From: Histomonas meleagridis 2922-C6/04-290x
Lineage: Eukaryota > Protista > Parabasalia
Reading direction: 5' to 3'
DNA: 64,000 nucleotides
Assembly: GCA_020184695.1 (NCBI GenBank)
Contig: JAANOX010000087.1
Span: 310,001-374,000 of the forward strand
The translations under genes were made by a program, and so were the position numbers. The notes under the pieces were generated by a model. It made no database searches and was not told the origin of the DNA. It was given only the letters and a program-made list of their open reading frames with translations. Of the stretch, positions 56,431 through 64,000 are shown one piece after another; position 1 is the stretch's first letter; each line of letters opens with the position of its first letter.

Positions 56431-57528
56431 ATGTCCCATCACGTACAGAGAACTGTCAGTAGAACACTACAAGATGATATTATCGAGAAAATTACTAATG
56501 GAGATTTAGAAGGATTTAAAGCATTATACTTAGAACAAAGCGAAATCAATAGATCTTTAAAACCTTACAGTGAAATTCAAATTAAAACAAAATACAGTAA
56601 ATTCTCACCACCTATTCACCTGCACGGTCCAACACCTCTTTTTCTTGCTATTTTATGTGAGCAAGATGAAATCGTGGATTATATTCTCAAAGAAAAAAGT
56701 CCAGATTTAAGTCATACTACAGAAGGATTCAATATAATTCATATCGCTGCTCTTTCTAAGGACTATCATTGCTTACGAGTCCTCTTAAAATACAAATGGG
56801 TACTTGAACATATAAATGATAAGGTCGAACTCGAAAATATTCCAACTAAACCAGAGTTCAAAACCACAGCACTTCATATAGCAGTTACAAATCACAACTA
56901 TGCAAACGCTTTTTTACTTCTTCGATGTTTTGATTTTTTCTCATCTTCAAACACTAACTCAGTTGATGACTCCCAAAAAGTTTATAACATCGAAATTGAT
57001 CAAAGATCTATGTCAGGTTCAACTCCATTATATATTGCGGTTTATCTTCATGATATAAAAATGGTCAAAATTTTGCTAAACGCAGGCGCTGATGCGACAA
57101 TACAATGCGATCGTGAAAACAGAAGTCCTCTCCAGCTTAGTGAGCAACTTTTACAGAAACAAATTCCCAGAAATCCGAAAGAGAAACCAAATACATTACA
57201 AAAGATCCACGAAGCCCTTAAGAAATTCACCGGTGGAGAAGCGGAACTCGATTTGAAATACTATATCCTTAAATATTCTCCTGAATTATCAAAAGAATTT
57301 GGATATGATTTTGATGAAGAAGAGGAATACGACGACGACAAAATGGAAAGGCCAATGGAAATGGTTGCTGGTAGAATGGAAAATCTCATGGAAAGAATGA
57401 TTCATGAGATGAGTGATCTACGAAAAATGATTGTTGGACTGAAAAACAGAGTGGAAACACTCGAATCTCACGCGAACGGAGAGATGCGGGAGCCTTTGAT
57501 CCAGACGATTTTCCAGCATCCGAATTGA
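56431..57528 (+). CDS. Ankyrin-repeat protein without spacers, C-terminal coiled coil
   Basis: GPTPLFLA, KTTALHIA and SGSTPLYIAV...LLNAGAD in one continuous ORF. Confidence 0.88.
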   Translation: MSHHVQRTVSRTLQDDIIEKITNGDLEGFKALYLEQSEINRSLKPYSEIQIKTKYSKFSPPIHLHGPTPLFLAILCEQDEIVDYILKEKSPDLSHTTEGFNIIHIAALSKDYHCLRVLLKYKWVLEHINDKVELENIPTKPEFKTTALHIAVTNHNYANAFLLLRCFDFFSSSNTNSVDDSQKVYNIEIDQRSMSGSTPLYIAVYLHDIKMVKILLNAGADATIQCDRENRSPLQLSEQLLQKQIPRNPKEKPNTLQKIHEALKKFTGGEAELDLKYYILKYSPELSKEFGYDFDEEEEYDDDKMERPMEMVAGRMENLMERMIHEMSDLRKMIVGLKNRVETLESHANGEMREPLIQTIFQHPN

Positions 57529-57825
57529 TGCGATTTCGGTTGTAATTTAACGTACAACAAAAATAGAGTAAAATTTATTCGGTTTTTATTGATTCATCTT
57601 GAACTCAGATGAGTTCTTCGAATCATTGGTTTTGGAAATGGTTTCAACGCATAAAAAGAAATAAGAAATCAATGAAAAAAATGAAAATTTATATATTTTA
57701 ATTACATTTAAATCAATAAAAAATCCCCAAAATACAAAAAATCAATTATTATTACTATGAACAAACATTAAAATACTACAAAACATTAAAAAAAAAAGAT
57801 AAAAGAAAACATTGAATAACATTTA

Positions 57826-58548
57826 TTACCATTCAATTGCACGCTTTGGAAGCCTAAATAATCCCCTCTTACGGGAACACCTAACTATGCTTGGTTGATT
57901 GGGTTTTTTAGCTTTTTTCCCAGATCCAAATGTTCCCATTCCGTTGGTCGATAAACGAGGAATAATGCCATCTTTATCAGAGCGTTCGCAAACTACTGGT
58001 TTTGCTGTTAAATCCATTGTTCTTTCATTGTTTTTAGAAAATGAAACTAATGGATTTTGTCTTTTTGGTTTCAGAACTGTTCTTGCACGATTACGCCTGG
58101 ATTCACCTCTCTCTGGCATACTGTTATGCGATTTTTGAGTTGGACTTCCTTCGATATCTGCAATCAATGGAGATTGATTAAGATTTACTGATTTCTTAGC
58201 TTCATGCTTCTCTGGAGTTATGGTAGACCTTGGCCTTTTAACCACTTTATGAACTGAACGTATCTTTTTATGTTTTACCCAATTTTCTCGAATCTCATTC
58301 TCTTTCATTTGAAGTTCAGATAGAAAGAACGGAGAAAAACGAATATCTGACTGTGGTGGTTTAGTTGCAAATCTTTGTGTAAGATATGGAGATTCAGATC
58401 TTTGATTTAAATCAAATATTTCAGGAAAATAAGAATTATTAAAAATCAAAGATTGATGAGCAGATACTACTTTGTTTGTTAAATCTGCATTATAGAATGA
58501 TTGAAGTGACTCTGAAAGAGCTGGGAAATCAAAAAGCTGCTCATTCAT
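57826..58548 (-). CDS. Hypothetical basic protein, 240 aa
   Basis: ATG-initiated ORF; no motif recognised. Confidence 0.7.
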   Translation of the reverse strand: MNEQLFDFPALSESLQSFYNADLTNKVVSAHQSLIFNNSYFPEIFDLNQRSESPYLTQRFATKPPQSDIRFSPFFLSELQMKENEIRENWVKHKKIRSVHKVVKRPRSTITPEKHEAKKSVNLNQSPLIADIEGSPTQKSHNSMPERGESRRNRARTVLKPKRQNPLVSFSKNNERTMDLTAKPVVCERSDKDGIIPRLSTNGMGTFGSGKKAKKPNQPSIVRCSRKRGLFRLPKRAIEW

Positions 58549-58840
58549 TAGATTTGTTTATTTGTATAAAATAATGAAAAAGTTCGATTAAAAAGTTTAC
58601 ATCTTCTGTAATTTGAAAAAGGTAATGATATTTGAATAGTTTACAAATATGTTCTTTCCAACTGATGTAATCCATTTGTTAACTAATATTTCTAATAAAT
58701 TTTCATAAAAAGATTATTGTAATTTGGAAACAATATTAAATTAAACCACAAAATATTTGTAATGTTAACAAAAACTTTTAATTCACAACTTCTCTTTCTA
58801 AAAAATCACATTCAATACCACACATGGTTTACAAATAAAA

Positions 58841-61630
58841 CTATTTCATTTCCAGCAAAGGCGTTGTCTTAAACAACGAATAAATGAAGCCCCTTATTTC
58901 GCTATCATATTCGTACATTGCCAACAATTTGTGTGCGTATTCCGCCAATTTTCTATTCTTGAACAACTTCGGATTATGTTTCATTAGTTCTGTCAGCGCT
59001 GGTATACAAGTTTTCATATATAATTCGTTTGTTAATTTCCTTAACATTTGCGGCACAACGCCAAATCCTTCGATTTCATCGATGTTTTGGAAGTTATTTT
59101 TCGTTTTTACTTTTTTCGCCAAAAACGTCGAAACATTTGTAGGTATTCGACATTTACGTAATCCGAACTTGAACTCGAACCAATCGAATTTATGCAGAAC
59201 ATCATTCAAATAATCGGATTGCTCCAACATCGAAATTGCGATAATCAAAAAACCTCTTAACGAAGCAGAGTTTGACTTTAATACGCAATCGAATAATTTC
59301 TCAATTAACTTATTTTCTTCAATGACATTTAATGTTGTTGAATTAGAACCGAAGTTTGCTAATGCCAAAATTATCGATTCTTTAGATTTTGTTCCAATTA
59401 AATCGGAACTTAATTCATTTAAAAGAATTGGAATTTTCGGAGTTAACTTTTCGATTCCAATTTTAGTCTTTATTAGTTGTGAGAATAAATGCGGTGGAAT
59501 TGAAACAGTTCCATTTTTATTATATATTTCGGGCTCAATTATTGTCGAAAAGTCTTTATGAAATGAATATTCAACAGCTTTGTTATATAACTTTAAGTAT
59601 TCCTTATTACCAATGCTCATCCACCATTGGATCTCTTCGTCGATATTCGAAATTTTTATTCCGTTTTCACATGATAATAAATAAGTATAAATGAAATGTG
59701 AATTCTTTCGTAATATTTCATGGAATGTTTGATCATTTGTAATTAGATTTAAAGCATTTTCATCAGTCGAAATGATTTCAACGAATAAATTTAATGCTAA
59801 TTTCATCTTTTCAATGTTCGCATCATTATTATTATTATTATAAAGATCTTTAATATGTGGAACTAATAATAACTTAAATCCATTCATATGGAAATTTGGA
59901 GTCGAAATTTTTTTCTGTCGTAAATCATTTATAGCTATTTTATGTATATATAAATTTTCGGATGTTAAAAACGACATATAAATTGGTATAACTAAACCTG
60001 TTTCAGGATATAACTTAAACGATGAAAGAATTAATGTACAAGTCGAATTATCGAATGGTAAAGATCCAAGATTTATCAAGTTTTCATGAAACATCCACAT
60101 TTTTAATATGGATATTCCGCTTGCTTCAGATACCATTGTTATAACACAACGGAACAATGCCCATTGTGGTGAAGATGTATCGATTTTTAAGTTCTCTTTT
60201 AATGACCATATTACGTTATACATAGCTTGTTTTAAACTATCACATGATTCGATGATTGGTATTCCCCAACTTTTCGATGATAATAAATTGATTAACATAT
60301 ATAACGCATCGTTCATTAATGTACATTTATTACCATACGCAACTGTTAAAAAGGTGCCACTAAAATATTGTAAAAGTTTTTGATAAAATTGTTTCGCGTT
60401 TTGTGATTGTGATTCTGTTTCATTATATGGTAAAATTACTGATAATAATATTAAAATAGAATTCCAATCCCAACGTTCATAGTTTTGTGGTAATGTAAAG
60501 CCACTAATCGTTGTAATCTTTTGTGGTATAGTTAACGATTGTGCAACATCAAATAAAATCGATTTAGAATTCGGAGGAATTTTTATGTCCGGCGAAAGTA
60601 TTAATCGTGAACGTAATGATTCAACATCTTCACTTGTGGAATAGTTAAGAAATGGTAATAATGTACTAAGAAATGATGAAGCGGATTTGTTTTGTTTGGA
60701 TAACGTTTTAAGTGATTCAATTAGCCCAAGTTTAATTAATGTGTAAATACAAAAGCCACAAAACCCATCGGTAAGTTCATATGTACTATTGTTAAGATTT
60801 AGAAGTTGTTGAAAAATTTCAATAATGGAATCAGTTGAATGCGGTAAACATTGAATAAGACTCATAAAAATTCCGTTTTTAATCCCAAAATTTAAAACTC
60901 CTGGCCATGTACGAAGGATACTAACAAGTGATGTAATGGATGCAGTGGAATCTATGGATGAAGAAATTTGAGAAAGTGGTGAAAGAATTGAAAGAAAATA
61001 ATCTGAATTTGATACAAAATAATCATTTTTTTCAAGAAGATAAACAAATAGTTTGGATATGACTTCGCTACCAGATTCAAGAAGATATGATGAAAGGATT
61101 TTTGAAATTTTTGGATAATCAATAATAATATTATCACAAACAACTGTCATCTCACAAATGGTCCAGACAAAAGAACTTTGTATTGGTTTTTCCGTGGAAT
61201 CATAAAACGCAATAAAGGCTCGGATGATAGAACTTGGAAGAAATCTTCGAATACGGAGAAAAATAGAAATATAAGCTAATGCTGTTTGTATTTCGTCATT
61301 AAGACGCCTCTGGCTAGGGTTAAATTGAGATCCTTTTTGAGTTAATGATTGAGCAATTAAATAATCAAATTTGTATTTCTCTGAAATAGTAAGTGGAGAA
61401 ACAAGTTCAAATATTAAACAATAATGAAGAACTAATGTTCGTATTTCAATGTTCTGAATGCAATAAAAATAATGAAGAATTGGAGCAATTTTATCTAAAT
61501 TAATTTTTGTCATATCAATATTTTCAAGTATTGGTTTATAATTTTCTAGTGTATCAATTATGGATTTTGATGAAATTGATTCTTTGTTGCTTACGATTCC
61601 TATAAGCGCTTTTGTGAGTTCAGATTCCAT
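58841..61630 (-). CDS. Rictor/Avo3/Pianissimo-like TORC2 subunit
   Basis: RWDWNSILIL and IILALANFGS...SASLRGFLIIAISML resemble conserved Rictor blocks; ARM-like throughout. Confidence 0.65.
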   Translation of the reverse strand: MESELTKALIGIVSNKESISSKSIIDTLENYKPILENIDMTKINLDKIAPILHYFYCIQNIEIRTLVLHYCLIFELVSPLTISEKYKFDYLIAQSLTQKGSQFNPSQRRLNDEIQTALAYISIFLRIRRFLPSSIIRAFIAFYDSTEKPIQSSFVWTICEMTVVCDNIIIDYPKISKILSSYLLESGSEVISKLFVYLLEKNDYFVSNSDYFLSILSPLSQISSSIDSTASITSLVSILRTWPGVLNFGIKNGIFMSLIQCLPHSTDSIIEIFQQLLNLNNSTYELTDGFCGFCIYTLIKLGLIESLKTLSKQNKSASSFLSTLLPFLNYSTSEDVESLRSRLILSPDIKIPPNSKSILFDVAQSLTIPQKITTISGFTLPQNYERWDWNSILILLSVILPYNETESQSQNAKQFYQKLLQYFSGTFLTVAYGNKCTLMNDALYMLINLLSSKSWGIPIIESCDSLKQAMYNVIWSLKENLKIDTSSPQWALFRCVITMVSEASGISILKMWMFHENLINLGSLPFDNSTCTLILSSFKLYPETGLVIPIYMSFLTSENLYIHKIAINDLRQKKISTPNFHMNGFKLLLVPHIKDLYNNNNNDANIEKMKLALNLFVEIISTDENALNLITNDQTFHEILRKNSHFIYTYLLSCENGIKISNIDEEIQWWMSIGNKEYLKLYNKAVEYSFHKDFSTIIEPEIYNKNGTVSIPPHLFSQLIKTKIGIEKLTPKIPILLNELSSDLIGTKSKESIILALANFGSNSTTLNVIEENKLIEKLFDCVLKSNSASLRGFLIIAISMLEQSDYLNDVLHKFDWFEFKFGLRKCRIPTNVSTFLAKKVKTKNNFQNIDEIEGFGVVPQMLRKLTNELYMKTCIPALTELMKHNPKLFKNRKLAEYAHKLLAMYEYDSEIRGFIYSLFKTTPLLEMK

Positions 61631-61958
61631 CTCAACACGTTAAATATCTATCGTCATAGAATTAAATGCTTTATACCTATCGGATTAATTGGACTAGACC
61701 TTATTGAAAAAGTTATGACAAATGAGGAGGCCGTTTAAGGAAAATCAACATTCATAAATTTCTCCAATAGATATCATATATATCCTAAGATTATCCATAG
61801 TAGCTTTTAATAAAGGCAAAAAGAAGATCTTTTTTATTTTAATTTTAATTTTATATTTATATATGCATTGAAATTCTTTCCAATGAATTAATTCTAGATT
61901 ATCTACGATTTGACACTTTTCATATGAAACACTTTTGAACAGAAGCCGTTTATAAACA

Positions 61959-64000
61959 ATGGAGGGATTGGAAGAAGTACAGCATCCAATTATTAGAATT
62001 ATTTACTTAAAACAACCAAACAGATTCCCAAAAAACATTCCTTCTGAATTGAATTTGCTTCTTAATGCAACACGAAATTTTACTGAAATACAAAAATTAC
62101 AAGAATACTTAAAAAATTTGAATATAAAAGGTCTTTCATCTCTTTTTGATGTACGTGCAATCCCAGGTATAAAAGCATTTAAAATTTTGTTAAATGAAAA
62201 ATCAAAATTTCCAGATGTTTTCAGTTTTTTTGTTCTTAAAGCAGTTCCATTCTTTATATTTACACAGCAAGAAATGGGTGTTACAAATGATTTTTTACAA
62301 ATATTATTTCAAGCAATTGATACAAAATTAAAGGATCTAGTTTCACAAACGATTATTTTCGTCATTGATTTTGTTCACCGATTTTCTATTTTTAACAGTG
62401 AATTAATTGAACAATTATTTATTCAATTCTTCAAAAACAACAAAAATAATTTTCTCATACTTGACTTACTTATTCAACATTCCAAAAAGCTGTTTGAGGA
62501 AAATGATTCAATTTCGAAACAATTTATTAAGTTGTTAACAAATTTTTTAGTATCGAATCCAATGTTTTTACAATCTGATGAAACATTTACTCTTTTAATT
62601 AATTCGTTTAATGATCATTTGCAACATTTAAACTTAATAATTCTACAAATGTTTTCGAATATTTTATCATATTTTTCTCAATCCAATATTAAATCATTTT
62701 CAAGTTTACTTTTGAGTAATGTTTTTACATATTTTACAAATGAAAAAAATATTTTGAAATTAACTGAAATTAATAAAAAAGAACCAATTAAAATCGAAAC
62801 AACAACAAATAATGATAATAATAAAGATAATTCTGATTTTACTTTTATTGATACAAATGTTAATGAACAAATCAAATTACCAAAACCAAAAGAAATAAAA
62901 TCATTTGAAGAGATTTATCCCGAAAATATTTTAATAGCAATAAAAATAATAAAAAATAATTTTTCATTAATTAGTGCATTAATAATATCATGTCAACGTA
63001 TAATAAATGATTTAAACTTAGATATAATTTTAATTTTTATATCTCTTTCATCTGTTTTTGATTCTAAATTTATGAAAGATACAATTTTCCAACAAATATT
63101 TAATACGATAATATTTGATCCATCGATTACATTATTGGAATTTAATGATAACAATTTATTACCGATTTTTATTATACGAAAAGAATTTATTTTTACTTTA
63201 ATTAATAATTACATTGAATTTTTATCGAAAATTATCACAAATTCATTAATAAATTATCCATTGATAATAATCGAATTCTTGAATTATATTAAATATTTCT
63301 CTAAAAATTATGAAATTATGAATTTAAAATCGCAATGTTTTATCGAGTTAATATATGAAATAACAACTAAATATAATATAATTGAAGAAAATAATTTAAA
63401 GTATATAAATTTAGTAAAAAATTCTTTAGTTTCATTATTAAAAACTTTAGTAAATAATAAATTTTATGCTTATTCATGGTGCAATTCATTAGAACTAATG
63501 TTTATTTTATTGATATTAATCCAAGATAAAGCTATACGTGATAAAAGTGGACAAATATTAACAACAATTTGTATAAATAATTTCATTAACATCGATCAAT
63601 TCATTATTCCATTTTTCTGTTCGACATTTCAAAAGACAATTACAATTATAAATGAAAGCGAAGTAATAAATTTTGTTTTATTCTTATTAAATATTAATAA
63701 TAAAATATGTATCGAAACAAATTTAATTCATAAATTTTATTTAATTATTGATCCATTATTTGAAATTGTTAATGCTTTAGAAAATGATTGTAATGAATCG
63801 ATTTTAATTTTATTTGAAATTATTAAATTTTATTCATTACAAGATAATAAAAAATATGAAAAAATTAATGAAATATTTTCTAAAATTATTAAATTCGAAA
63901 AAGATAAATCTAATGAATCATTTTATATTAAATGTTTAAATATTATATCTGATCAACAATTTGAAACAATTCCAACAAAATTTATAATAAAAAATCATTT
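61959..64000 (+). CDS. Large hypothetical protein, N-terminal part; runs off the right edge
   Basis: ATG at 61959 (MEGLEEVQHPIIR), and the same frame is still open at the window end (FETIPTKFIIKNH). Absent from the track because it has no stop. Confidence 0.75.
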   Translation, partial: MEGLEEVQHPIIRIIYLKQPNRFPKNIPSELNLLLNATRNFTEIQKLQEYLKNLNIKGLSSLFDVRAIPGIKAFKILLNEKSKFPDVFSFFVLKAVPFFIFTQQEMGVTNDFLQILFQAIDTKLKDLVSQTIIFVIDFVHRFSIFNSELIEQLFIQFFKNNKNNFLILDLLIQHSKKLFEENDSISKQFIKLLTNFLVSNPMFLQSDETFTLLINSFNDHLQHLNLIILQMFSNILSYFSQSNIKSFSSLLLSNVFTYFTNEKNILKLTEINKKEPIKIETTTNNDNNKDNSDFTFIDTNVNEQIKLPKPKEIKSFEEIYPENILIAIKIIKNNFSLISALIISCQRIINDLNLDIILIFISLSSVFDSKFMKDTIFQQIFNTIIFDPSITLLEFNDNNLLPIFIIRKEFIFTLINNYIEFLSKIITNSLINYPLIIIEFLNYIKYFSKNYEIMNLKSQCFIELIYEITTKYNIIEENNLKYINLVKNSLVSLLKTLVNNKFYAYSWCNSLELMFILLILIQDKAIRDKSGQILTTICINNFINIDQFIIPFFCSTFQKTITIINESEVINFVLFLLNINNKICIETNLIHKFYLIIDPLFEIVNALENDCNESILILFEIIKFYSLQDNKKYEKINEIFSKIIKFEKDKSNESFYIKCLNIISDQQFETIPTKFIIKNH

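Noticed and set aside
1-64000. tRNA or rRNA genes
   Set aside because: No cloverleaf or rRNA-like segment recognised by eye; a tRNAscan-SE/Infernal run would be needed to exclude them.

Overview
AT-rich, gene-dense eukaryotic DNA from a parabasalid (trichomonad-type) protist. Evidence: parabasalid-like EF-1alpha, Inr/M2/M3/M5-type core promoter motifs, stop codons fused into TAAA poly(A) signals, and no spliceosomal introns seen. Housekeeping genes (AIP1/WDR1, UGGT, Myb, Rab1, MRT4, RPS6, bromodomain, chromodomain, F-box/LRR, RING, Exo84/Vps51-like, VIT-vWA, NOL10, EF-1alpha, Rictor-like) are interspersed with accessory DNA: an inverted pair of surface-protein genes, a MITE-like element, a decayed phage tail-fibre-like gene, pseudogene fragments, and several DUF3447-type ankyrin-repeat genes. 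Main observation: in those ankyrin genes every 30-codon repeat is followed, at the same point in the beta-hairpin linker, by a stop-containing spacer. The spacer is 80 nt (rarely 77 or 83, always 3n+2), lacks GT-AG or AT-AC ends, and folds into a hairpin with covarying pairs. There are 31 copies in three genes plus remnants. The coding blocks stay open while the spacers diverge. This suggests an undescribed non-spliceosomal intron or ribosomal-bypass system, but the mechanism cannot be settled from sequence alone.
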